Below, piece after piece: positions 18,374-27,631 of a stretch of 32,671 bases of DNA; the stretch's first letter is position 1, and each line of letters begins with the position of its first letter. The notes under the pieces were generated by a model. The model did no database searches, was not told where the DNA came from, and was given only the letters and a program-made list of their open reading frames with translations. A program made the position numbers and the translations under genes. The DNA is from Bdellovibrionota bacterium (lineage in GTDB: Bacteria; Bdellovibrionota_C; UBA2361; OMIW01), in assembly GCA_044345055.1 (NCBI GenBank), contig JBIJBT010000027.1:1-32671 (forward strand). The letters run 5' to 3'.

Positions 18374-19300
18374 ATGGGCTGCCACCCGCGCATAGAAACA
18401 AACGAACACTCAGACTTTATCACCAGTCGAACCAGGGATTCGCGCCTCTGGTTCGTAAACAACGAATCGCTCGAGCATCGTATCCTCGGACTAACCGCCA
18501 AATACGCCACTCGGCGTACAATCACCCTCTACGGCTTTGCTATCGAAGGAAACCACCTACACATCGTTGCACACAACAACAAAAAGAATCGCGCTCATTT
18601 TTTGCGAGATCTAAAATCAACAATAGCCCGCGCCGTTCCCCGACACACACCCTCATATTCTGGCGGTGGAATCTGGGGAAGGAGATACTCAAACGAGTTT
18701 CTCGGTGATCACTCCGACATCGAGAACTACTTCTTTTATACCGTCCTCCAGCCAGTAAAAGATGGCCTTGTTGAAAAAATCTCTGATTATCCGGGCTACA
18801 ACTGCTTCCACGACGCGGTGTGGGGAATAAAGCGAAAATTTAAGGTAATGAACTGGACCGCCTACTACAAAGCTACTCGGTGGGGTCAAAAGGTAGACAA
18901 GAAAGACTTTCTCGAGGAATTTACCCTTGAATACGCAAGACTCCCCGGCTATGAACATCTCTCCCAAAGAGAGTACGCCCTATTGATGACCGGTCGCCTA
19001 GAGGAGCGTCGTCAAGAGATTCTCAAAGCCCGAGACACTGAAGGGAAGAAATTTCTCGGCCCAGTCGCCTTAAAACGAGTTGAGCCGGGCTCACTCCCAA
19101 AATCCACAAAAACCTCAACCCTAACCACCCATCGCCCCCGCGTCCTATCGAAGTGCGACGTTCGCCGTGCCGAGATGAATGATTGGTATTACGATATCTA
19201 CTTCCGCTTCAAAGTCGCCTCTGAGGAATATCGAAGTGGCAACCTCACCACAGAATTCCCCGAGGGCACTTATCGTCCCTACGTTGGATTAGTGACCTGA
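18374..19300 (+). mobile_element. REP-associated tyrosine transposase (RAYT; Y1 HUH, IS200/IS605 superfamily)
   Basis: FITSRT, GNHLHIV (HUH), RDLKS, IWGRRY, YTVLQPVKDGLV..ISDYPG (catalytic Tyr region), C-terminal YRSG....FPEGTY; GGAGG RBS before ATG 18374. Confidence 0.85.
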
Positions 19301-19508
19301 GGCGCCTCTTTCGGTAAGCGATTCTCAAAACTCCCTCCCCCACCCGCGACTTTCAGCCGCATTCGCAGAGCTACGACCAAAAAGCAATTTTCGGAGCAAA
19401 AACGGGCAAAAAATCGGCGTTTCTGCCCCGAAAATGCGCCGTCTCGACCCCAATAGCCGACCATTTTCAGCTAAAAACTCGCAGAAACCCACCCCCATCA
19501 GCTGTGCT

Positions 19509-19571
19509 TGTTTGGGGGAACCTCTATAAGTCTGAGAAACAGAGATCGGGGATAGAGGTTTCCCCGAAACA
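19509..19571. repeat. REP/REPIN-like inverted repeat downstream of RAYT
   Basis: Arms TGTTTGGGGGAACCTCTAT (19509-19527) and ATAGAGGTTTCCCCGAAACA (19552-19571); loop contains TCTGAGAAACAGAG. Confidence 0.7.
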
Positions 19572-19728
19572 GAGTCATTTCCCTGACTCCTCTTGGCTCT
19601 TTATCTCAAAGGCAAGAGGTCCTTTTGACAGAGTCCGTTGAGCGAACTCCAAAAGAAGACGCTTGTGAATTCTACGGAATGCGCTTAAAGCGGACAAACT
19701 CTCCTGCATTATTAGGAACGACCACCTT

Positions 19729-19822
19729 CCTCTATTTCTCAGAGGAATAGAGCGGTGGAATAGAGCGGTGGGAATAGAGGGGTGGAATAGAGGGGTGAGG
19801 AATAGGCCTCTATCTCTCAGAG
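19729..19822. repeat. Tandem array of GGAATAGAGSGGT (4 full + 1 partial) flanked by CCTCTATYTCTCAGAG direct repeats
   Basis: Units start at 19744, 19757, 19771, 19784 and 19799; flanking 16-mers at 19729-19744 and 19807-19822. Confidence 0.85.
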
Positions 19823-20037
19823 CCATAAAAGCCCCCGCCGAAGGCCCATCCCCTTCAACCAAGCCGGATTCCTCACAATCTTAGCCCAATCTCTTTCAAT
19901 GCCACCCCCTCTGCCTCATTGTTGTTCCCCAACTTTTACGTTACCCTCTACCGATAATTTTTAGCGGCCTAATCACCCGTTCTGCTCTCTTAAACCTCAC
20001 AGTAGCACTCCCACCATATCTCTAAATGGGGATCTTC

Positions 20038-21543
20038 ATGGCTGTAATTATCGACGATATCTCGCGGACATTCGATGAGTTTCTCCTTCTTCCGGGATTA
20101 ACTGAGAAAAAACATATTCCCTCTCAGGTGTCCCTACGAGCGCCTTTGGCGCGGGGTGTAGCCGGCGGGAAGCCGCTCATGTTGAATGTGCCGTTTGTTT
20201 CCGCGGCGATGCAGGCCGTTTCGGGGCCGGAGCTTTGCATAGCGCTCGCCCGAAAAGGAGGGGTGGGATTTATTTATTGCTCCCAAAGTATTGAATCGCA
20301 GGTCGCGATGGTGCAGCAGGTAAAGGAGCATAAGGCTGGTTTTGTCAGATCCGACACAAATTTGAGGCCATCAGACTCGCTAAGAAAGGCGGTTGAGCTG
20401 AAAAAAAAGACGGGTCACTCGACAGTTGCGATTACCGAGGATGGGACTGGGCGTGGTGTGTTTCGCGGACTTTTACTTAGCGATGATTATTGGGAATTTA
20501 AGGATGACCTTGATGCACCGATAGAAAAATATTTTCGACCTGTTTCCGCGATCCAGTGTGGAACGATTGGTATAACGCTCGCTCAGGCGACCACTCTTCT
20601 GTGGCAGAATAAAGCAAAATGTTTGCCGGTGCTTGAGGCCGATGGCCGATTGAATGCGTTGGTTTTTCGCAAGGACTTTTTTGATCATCAGCTATTCCCC
20701 GATGAGGTTACGGATGAGCAAAAGCGGCTCGTGGTTGGTGCGGGGGTAAATACCCACGATTATCGAGATCGAGTTCCTGAGCTTGTAAAAGCGGGTGCCG
20801 ATGTGTTGTGTTTTGACTCATCGGATGGTTACACCGAGTGGCAAAAGGATGGGATTCGGTTCGTCAAGGAGGAGATGGGAGCCGATGTGGTTGTCGGCGC
20901 TGGTAACGTAGTTACAAAGGCAGGTTTTCGCTATCTTGCTGATGCAGGATGCGACTTTGTTAAGGTTGGAATCGGGGGTGGTTCGATCTGTATAACAAGA
21001 GGCCAAAAAGGTATTGGTCGGGGCCAAGCATCAGCAGTTTTTGAGATCGCCGCTGCTCGTGATGAGTACTGGCGTGAAACGGGCGTTTACGTGCCGATCT
21101 GTAGCGATGGAGGGCTCGGTAACGATACTCATATCATTATGGCGCTCGCTCTTGGAGCCGATTTTGTGATGATGGGTAAATATTTTGCGATGACTGCTGA
21201 GAGTCCGACACCGACGATTCGTCATCGAGGGAGCCTCTACAAGCCGTACTGGGGAGAAGGGTCGATTCGGGCGCGCAACTGGCAGCGGTATGGTGGCGGT
21301 GGTGGATTAAAATTTGAAGAAGGGGTGGATGCGTTTGTTCCATTTAGTGGGCCGCTTTCCGATAAGGTCGATTTAACGACCGCAAAATTGCGAAGCACTA
21401 TGTGTAACATAGGGGCATTGTCTTTGAGGGAGTTTCAGGAGAAAGCTGAACTTACCTTGGTATCTCCGATGACCTTTGTCGAAGGGGGCACCTCAGGAGT
21501 AGAGCAGCTCGATCGTCACAGCGTGGATGGAGAGCGCGCGTAA
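20038..21543 (+). CDS. guaB: IMP dehydrogenase with CBS subdomain
   Basis: SRTFDEFLLLPG, VSAAMQAVS, KVGIGGGSICITR (catalytic Cys), CSDGG, YWGEGS, EEGVD. Start 20038 or 20026. Confidence 0.95.
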   Translation: MAVIIDDISRTFDEFLLLPGLTEKKHIPSQVSLRAPLARGVAGGKPLMLNVPFVSAAMQAVSGPELCIALARKGGVGFIYCSQSIESQVAMVQQVKEHKAGFVRSDTNLRPSDSLRKAVELKKKTGHSTVAITEDGTGRGVFRGLLLSDDYWEFKDDLDAPIEKYFRPVSAIQCGTIGITLAQATTLLWQNKAKCLPVLEADGRLNALVFRKDFFDHQLFPDEVTDEQKRLVVGAGVNTHDYRDRVPELVKAGADVLCFDSSDGYTEWQKDGIRFVKEEMGADVVVGAGNVVTKAGFRYLADAGCDFVKVGIGGGSICITRGQKGIGRGQASAVFEIAAARDEYWRETGVYVPICSDGGLGNDTHIIMALALGADFVMMGKYFAMTAESPTPTIRHRGSLYKPYWGEGSIRARNWQRYGGGGGLKFEEGVDAFVPFSGPLSDKVDLTTAKLRSTMCNIGALSLREFQEKAELTLVSPMTFVEGGTSGVEQLDRHSVDGERA

Positions 21544-21572
21544 CGTGTGGTTCAGAGGGTAAGGAGTAGGTG

Positions 21573-22829
21573 ATGAAACCGATAGTCGTAAAAAAATTCG
21601 GGGGTACCTCGGTCGGCGATTTAGGGAGGATCCGAAACGTTGCAAAATTGGTGCGGAGCTTCAAAGAGGAAAACCCAGACAAAGAGGTCGTTGTCGTTGT
21701 ATCGGCGATGGCGGGGGAAACAAATCGTCTGGTTTCTTTGGCTCGCGAGTGTGTAAAACAACCCAATCCACGAGAGCTCGATGTTTTGCTCGCGACGGGA
21801 GAGCTCGCTAGCTCTGCGCTTACTGCAATGTCTCTCCAGGAGGAGGGCCTCTCCGCCAGAAGCTTTGATGGGTATCTTGCGCGAATAAATACCGATGAGC
21901 ACCACACAAACGCAAAGATTCAGAGTATTGATGGTGAGCTGTTGCGGCGATTTCTTGCAACAGGCGGCGTGCCGGTCGTTGCTGGTTTTCAGGGCGTAAC
22001 TCCCTCGGGCGATTTTACGACGCTTGGTCGTGGTGGGTCGGATATTACGGCGGTTGCGCTCGCTGCCGCGTTATCGGCAGAGGCGTGTTACATATACACA
22101 GATGTGGAGGGGGTATATTCGGCCGACCCCCGAGTTTGTCGGCGAGTGCGTCGTCTCGATAGAGTGTGCCACGAAGAGATGTTTGAATTAGCGAGTTTGG
22201 GGGCAAAGGTTCTTCACCCACGGTCGGTGTACTTTGCGATGCGCTACGGAGTGCCGTTGGCGGTATTGTCAACCTTCAACCCAACGCGAAAGACCTGGAT
22301 TGTAAAGGAGGGTGAGCTTATGGAAAAACCGGTGGTAACAGGGGTAACGTATCGACTTGATGATATTAAAGTAACTGTTTCCGGAATGCCGACCGGCGGA
22401 GACGCTCTCAGCACACTCTTTACTGAGCTGGCGGACGCAGATGTATTTATCGATGTCATAACCCAGAGCGAGGCGGTAGGAGAGCGGATGAACATTTCGT
22501 TCACCGTTCCGGAGGAATCATCTGACCGCGTTATTGCGCTTCTGAAGAACCTCCTCCCTCGTTTGGGAGCGAGTGATTACTCGATAGATCGAGATATTGC
22601 AAAGGTTTCGATCGTAGGGGTGGGTATGCGATATCATGCGGGAGTTGCTTCGAAGGCGTTCGCTGTGTTGGGCGCAGAGGGGATTGCGACGAGGATGATC
22701 TCAACGTCTGAGATCAAGCTGTCGGTGGTTATTGACCGCAAATATTGTGAGGTTGCTGTACGGGCACTGCACGATGCTTTCGTCGAGCTTGAACCTGGCA
22801 CTGAGATTACGGTCGGGGCTGAGAAGTAG
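21573..22829 (+). CDS. lysC: Aspartate kinase with two ACT domains
   Basis: VKKFGGTSV, VVSAMAGET, TTLGRGGSD, YTDVEGVYSADP, GAKVLHPRSV, internal MEKPVVTGV (beta-subunit-like start), STSEIKLS; AAGGAG RBS. Confidence 0.97.
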   Translation: MKPIVVKKFGGTSVGDLGRIRNVAKLVRSFKEENPDKEVVVVVSAMAGETNRLVSLARECVKQPNPRELDVLLATGELASSALTAMSLQEEGLSARSFDGYLARINTDEHHTNAKIQSIDGELLRRFLATGGVPVVAGFQGVTPSGDFTTLGRGGSDITAVALAAALSAEACYIYTDVEGVYSADPRVCRRVRRLDRVCHEEMFELASLGAKVLHPRSVYFAMRYGVPLAVLSTFNPTRKTWIVKEGELMEKPVVTGVTYRLDDIKVTVSGMPTGGDALSTLFTELADADVFIDVITQSEAVGERMNISFTVPEESSDRVIALLKNLLPRLGASDYSIDRDIAKVSIVGVGMRYHAGVASKAFAVLGAEGIATRMISTSEIKLSVVIDRKYCEVAVRALHDAFVELEPGTEITVGAEK

Positions 22830-23053
22830 TGGGGTATTGATCGCAGTACCAATAAATGCGGTCGAAAAGAGCGCACTTCTCGCTGATCGAAGTTCAAACA
22901 GTGTCAGCCAGAGAAAAATTGTTTCGTTCTCCCCTCTCGGTGAATCTTATCGAAGGGGAGATGCTCTATTAGAGAGCGGTCCGCATGGCGGTCTCCCGAG
23001 CTCCTCAAAGAGGGGGCTTATCGAACTGATAGTTTGATGGGAGTGCGAGGATC

Positions 23054-23434
23054 ATGGCGACCGGTGGGTCTGATGGGGATTGGTTAGGAGGAAGATCGGT
23101 CCGGCTCCGTGATCTTATGGAGCACGAGACGACCGGTGGTTTCGCAGAGGGTCCCGAAAGGGAGCTCTTCGCGGCGGTTTTGTACGATGCGATTCAGGTT
23201 TTGATACACGCCCGTCCTCACGGCGCGGGGGATGAAGCCCGGCGATATCGGGAGGCCATATGGTGGGTCGAATCATCTGATACCGATTATCTTTTTTCCT
23301 ACGAATCGGTGTGTGAGGCTCTCGGAATTGATCCGGAATACCTTCGAGCAGGTCTAAAAGATCCCAAAACGACACGATTACAGAAGTCTCGAAAAGAATC
23401 GACCGGATCCACACTCTCCGATTCTCGATTTTAA
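23054..23434 (+). CDS. Conserved small helical hypothetical protein
   Basis: PERELFAAVLYDAI...EAIWW..S.D..YLFSYESVCEALGIDPEYLR pattern recognised as a recurrent uncharacterised family; GAGG RBS. Confidence 0.7.
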   Translation: MATGGSDGDWLGGRSVRLRDLMEHETTGGFAEGPERELFAAVLYDAIQVLIHARPHGAGDEARRYREAIWWVESSDTDYLFSYESVCEALGIDPEYLRAGLKDPKTTRLQKSRKESTGSTLSDSRF

Positions 23435-23553
23435 TCCAATCGAATTTGATTAAGCGATTTTTTGATTTCTAGCGGAAACTCCATAACCCCTTTGGTCGAT
23501 ATCACGGATGTATTGATCCGTTTTTATCGTGACCGTTTTTCAAGGGGGGCACT

Positions 23554-24675
23554 ATGCGACGCTTTTCATTTGGGGTGTTACTAAAGATTACCGCAGCGGC
23601 TGTTGTTTTCTCAGCATCGTTTGTTCGGCCGATTCGCGCAGAAAATTTGCCTATTTCGAGCACTCGCTCTCCGATATTTTCAACTCGCGCTCCCGAACGA
23701 TTGACAATTTGCTCTCAGAATCTTGCCAATTACGGTCTGCCGGAAGAAGTTGCTCAACGCGTAACCTCAAAGAAAGGATTTCCGTTGGAGGAGAGAGAGA
23801 AGCTCCTTGTTAAAAGATTTCAGGAGGCAGGATGTCAGATTATCGCGGTACAAGAGGTTGTTGGCCGAACAGCGGAGTCAGCGCGTGCGGGGCTTAATCG
23901 GTTAGCTGAAATTCTTTCAGAGATGAGTGGAAAACAGTTTGTCCCGATTTTAGGTGGGGCAAATAAAGGTGATGTTCGGATTGGATTTCTTGTCGCAACC
24001 GAAAATCTCATTGTGGAACGAGTAGTGTCTTATGCAGGAGCACTCCTTCCTCCACTTGAAAAGGGTGAGCAATTTCAGCGGCTGAGTCGGGGGCCACTGG
24101 TGCTACAGGTTCGTTGGGGGAAACAGCGATTAACCCTTGTCGCCATACATCTGAAATCAAAATACGGAGGAGGGCGAGACCCGTATCGTCTTCAATTCGA
24201 GATGCTTCGGATGCAGATGGCAGAGCATCTGCGAATCCTTGTCGAGGCTCATTTTGCGGAAAATCTTCTTCGTGATGATGAGTGGGTCATTATTCTCGGT
24301 GACCGCAATAGCCGACAGGAAAGTGCGAGCAACCGTATCCTGAAAGGTGAGCAATCGCTGGTAGATTTTCGAGGTAACGGAAGTTGCATCGTCAGCAAAG
24401 CTGGGGAAAGTGTCTGTGTCGGTGGAGTTGCTGAAAGGGAGCCGCGCTTTGACTCGCTATTATCAAAACGATTCCTCGAAGGGAAACCGTCAGGAACGTA
24501 TAAATTTGGGGCTCATTTTGAGTGGATTGATGATATTCTCGTGAATCGGTGGAGCTTGATACAGGCTTTGATGCGGGGCGAAACGCCACGTAGTCGAGTC
24601 GTGGCAGAGCCGAAAGGCGCCTCTGATCACGCACTAGTCGCAACAACATTTTTCCGATCGCGTGATGACGAGTGA
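23554..24675 (+). CDS. Secreted endonuclease/exonuclease/phosphatase (EEP) family protein
   Basis: Signal peptide; SQN, AVQEV, AIHLKSK, ILGDRN, WIDDIL, ASDHALV catalytic motifs. Confidence 0.88.
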   Translation: MRRFSFGVLLKITAAAVVFSASFVRPIRAENLPISSTRSPIFSTRAPERLTICSQNLANYGLPEEVAQRVTSKKGFPLEEREKLLVKRFQEAGCQIIAVQEVVGRTAESARAGLNRLAEILSEMSGKQFVPILGGANKGDVRIGFLVATENLIVERVVSYAGALLPPLEKGEQFQRLSRGPLVLQVRWGKQRLTLVAIHLKSKYGGGRDPYRLQFEMLRMQMAEHLRILVEAHFAENLLRDDEWVIILGDRNSRQESASNRILKGEQSLVDFRGNGSCIVSKAGESVCVGGVAEREPRFDSLLSKRFLEGKPSGTYKFGAHFEWIDDILVNRWSLIQALMRGETPRSRVVAEPKGASDHALVATTFFRSRDDE

Positions 24676-24699
24676 CGTTAGAACAGATGAGCTACCGAA

Positions 24700-24954
24700 C
24701 TAACGCTCAGCCAAATGCTCGATATTTTTTTCAAGCATCTTTGATGATACCCCTGACTCCTGCGCAAGTGCGGTTTGAGCCATGGTCATTTGTTCAGCAG
24801 GGACCCTCAAGCGATACCCATTCGCCGCCTTTCCTCCAACATATACCGTTCGAGTCTCAATAGTTGCGGATATCCCCCTATGATTAAGCAGATTGCAGAG
24901 ACGAGTTACTTCTCGTCGATCGGGGCTCGCTACGATAACAATTGTTCCGTTCAT
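24700..24954 (-). CDS. Small hypothetical protein, DUF2007-like
   Basis: ATG 24954 with GGAG RBS; L...GI.A.I...YRLRVP.E....A..AL pattern. Confidence 0.5.
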   Translation of the reverse strand: MNGTIVIVASPDRREVTRLCNLLNHRGISATIETRTVYVGGKAANGYRLRVPAEQMTMAQTALAQESGVSSKMLEKNIEHLAER

Positions 24955-25262
24955 AAGAGGAGCTCCAGCACTTTTCCGAGGGGCGCAACACCACACATCC
25001 GCGCTCCCTAGAGTTAATCAACTTCTGTAAGGTGCGTATTACCGATTGATCACCACCATCGGATGAAAATGGTCATCGAGAGGTTGCTCAAAAGCTAAAA
25101 AAATCGTACCTATCCACCACTGTGTAAATAACGGTTTCTGAACGACTCATCATTCGGTCATCTAAACACTGCTACTATCTAGTCCTCCCTGATTTTGGGT
25201 GACTCGATAACCGATTTTCGCTGAACTTGTCTTCTCTTTAACTCTTTACTGAGAGCTATCGC

Positions 25263-26387
25263 ATGAAAACGACATCTCGCTTTGTTACGGAGAAGATCGC
25301 CCATCGTTTCGTCCTCGGGGGAGAAGTTAGGGAACTCACCCCGATTACGCAAGGGCATATTAACGAAACATGGTTGTCTATAGTTGAGTCTGACTCTCAA
25401 ATTGTTCGATATATTCATCAGCGGATTAATCCATCAGTATTTCCTGATGGATCTCTCGTGATGCGGAATATTCAAAGAATAACGGATCATCTCCGGGGAT
25501 GCGCGGCGTATCCGTATCAGATTCTTGAGTTAGTATCATCTGAGGATGGATCATTCTGGATCTGTGATGAGGAGGGAGGATGGTGGCGCACCTATCGATA
25601 TATTGAGAACTCTGTTGCCTACGATTCATGTCCGAGCGAAGCGGTAGCCCGTGCGGCGGGTCTTGCTTTTGGCACATTTCTAAGAGAGATCGCCCCGCTT
25701 CCAGCTTCATCGGTAGTAACCCCATTAATTGGATTTCAGGACCTTGCAGGCCGGTTTCGGGCTCTTGCAGAGGCGCTACAAGATTCGCCGGATGCAAGAC
25801 GAGATGCTTCAGCTGCTGAAATAGAATTCGCATTGCGGAATGAAGAAAGAGTCGCGGTGGTCAGTGGATTAATGAAGGGCTCTAATTCGCTCCGAATTAC
25901 TCACGGGGACACTAAGCTTAACAACGTACTCTTTCGGCGCGGAACGGCGAGTGCCCTTTGTGTTATCGATCTCGACACGGTGATGCCTGGCTCACCTCTG
26001 TATGATTTTGGTGATTTTTCCCGTCAGATTGGGGTTGCATCTCGTGAGGATGGACCAGCCGATATCCCGATGCCGATGCGATGGGATTTTTTGCGTGAGG
26101 CCACGAGTGGTTTTCTTGAAGGGATTGGGGAAAATTATCTCAGCAGGACGGAAACCGAGGCATTGTGTCTCATGCCTGGGTTGATTAGTCTCACGTTGGG
26201 AGTTCGGTTTCTCACCGATTATCTTGGCGGTGATAACTACTTTCGGGTTCAGTACGAGGGGCAAAATCTTTCGCGAGCTCGTTGCCAGTTCGCGATTGCG
26301 CAGGCCTATTTTCAGGAAAAGGACCAGCTAGAAGAGATTATCGGCTCCTCTATGGCAAATTGGGGGTCACAAGCCCCGAGATTCTAG
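25263..26387 (+). CDS. APH/choline-kinase-family phosphotransferase (N-acetylhexosamine kinase-like)
   Basis: GHINETW, QRIN..VF, THGDTKLNNVLF, VIDLDTVMPG, DFGD, RFLTDYL.GD.YF. Confidence 0.88.
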   Translation: MKTTSRFVTEKIAHRFVLGGEVRELTPITQGHINETWLSIVESDSQIVRYIHQRINPSVFPDGSLVMRNIQRITDHLRGCAAYPYQILELVSSEDGSFWICDEEGGWWRTYRYIENSVAYDSCPSEAVARAAGLAFGTFLREIAPLPASSVVTPLIGFQDLAGRFRALAEALQDSPDARRDASAAEIEFALRNEERVAVVSGLMKGSNSLRITHGDTKLNNVLFRRGTASALCVIDLDTVMPGSPLYDFGDFSRQIGVASREDGPADIPMPMRWDFLREATSGFLEGIGENYLSRTETEALCLMPGLISLTLGVRFLTDYLGGDNYFRVQYEGQNLSRARCQFAIAQAYFQEKDQLEEIIGSSMANWGSQAPRF

Positions 26388-26551
26388 CAAAATTGGCATT
26401 ATTCGGAGCCGATTGGATTCAAAGACGGTCGTTCGGTATACTATTGCGGTTCTCTCCGTTGGTCGTTAGTCTGCGCGGCACCATTCATCTTTTTATATCA
26501 GTCTCGTCGAACTTGTCCCAACACAACCCTTAATTCTTTGGCAGGTACTCT

Positions 26552-27631
26552 ATGGTGGCATTTCAATATTCTCAGGTGGTTGTTGAACAGTGTGGATTCG
26601 TTCAACCACCAATAAGGGTCACCTCTGCTGAGATTGAGGAAGAGATCGGTGAAGTGTACGAGCGGTTCGGCATTCCAAAAGGGACGCTTGAGCGGTTGTC
26701 TGGTGTAGCCTCGCGATTCATGTGGAGTCGTGAAACTCTGCCAAGCGATGTTGGAGTTGAGGCGATAGAGCGATTGCTCGCTGAGAAAACATTTCCAATC
26801 GATAAGCTCGACCTTCTGATAAATTGCTCCGTTAGTCGGGATCTATTTGAGCCTTCAACCGCCTGCATTATTCATAAGAAGCTCGGATTATCACCCAAAG
26901 TGATGGCGTTCGATGTGACGAATGCGTGTATCGGATTTTCGAATGGATTAATGATAGCGGCGAACATGATTGAATCGGGTGTGGCTCGAGCTGCTCTTGT
27001 TGTATCGCCGGAGGTCCCGAGCCTGATAATCGAATCAAATGCTCGGATGTTGCGTCGCGAGATTGACAACATTACCCGAGATGATTTGCTCAAGGTGGTG
27101 CCGGTATTTACCCTCGGTTCAGGTGCGGTGGTCTTTGGGGTGTGCCACGAGCGATACAGCCGTGGAGAGGGACACCGATTCCTCGGCGGAGCTGGGCTCT
27201 CGGCGACAGAACATACCGACCTTTGCACCGGCAACGGTGACTTTTGCGTTTCTGGAACTCTTGAGGAGCTGTTCCCGAGTCAACCGCTGATGCATACGGA
27301 GTCCAGCAAGTTAATCGCTGCGGCATCAAAAATTGGGGGACAAACCTGGCCGATGGCATCGGAGGTTTTGGGGTGGTCGCGTGATGATGTTAATCACGTT
27401 TTCTGTCATCAGGTAGGGCGTCAGGTGAATGAGGCATTCTATCGAGAGCTGGGTCTCGATTTTAGCAAAGAGTTTTCGATCTATCAGGAATACGGCAATA
27501 TGATATCTGCGGCGTTGCCCGCTGCGTTTGTCATGGGGGCAGAGAAAAAGGGGATTCAGCGGGGTGATAAGGTTGTGTGCACTGGGTTTGGCAGTGGTTT
27601 GAACTCGCTCTTTTGGGGGGTTGAGTGGTAG
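26552..27631 (+). CDS. oleA: OleA acyl-CoA:acyl-CoA alkyltransferase (thiolase/KAS III fold)
   Basis: SVSRDLFEPSTA (Glu), DVTNACIGFSNG (Cys), FTLGSGA, CHQVG (His), GN, GSGLN; adjacent to oleBC and oleD. Confidence 0.9.
   Translation: MVAFQYSQVVVEQCGFVQPPIRVTSAEIEEEIGEVYERFGIPKGTLERLSGVASRFMWSRETLPSDVGVEAIERLLAEKTFPIDKLDLLINCSVSRDLFEPSTACIIHKKLGLSPKVMAFDVTNACIGFSNGLMIAANMIESGVARAALVVSPEVPSLIIESNARMLRREIDNITRDDLLKVVPVFTLGSGAVVFGVCHERYSRGEGHRFLGGAGLSATEHTDLCTGNGDFCVSGTLEELFPSQPLMHTESSKLIAAASKIGGQTWPMASEVLGWSRDDVNHVFCHQVGRQVNEAFYRELGLDFSKEFSIYQEYGNMISAALPAAFVMGAEKKGIQRGDKVVCTGFGSGLNSLFWGVEW

Noticed and set aside
19729..19822. CRISPR array
   Set aside because: Units are 13-15 bp and contiguous with no unique spacers; no cas genes in the window.
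19575..19862. 95-aa minus-strand ORF
   Set aside because: Spans the tandem repeat and no family is recognisable; likely spurious.
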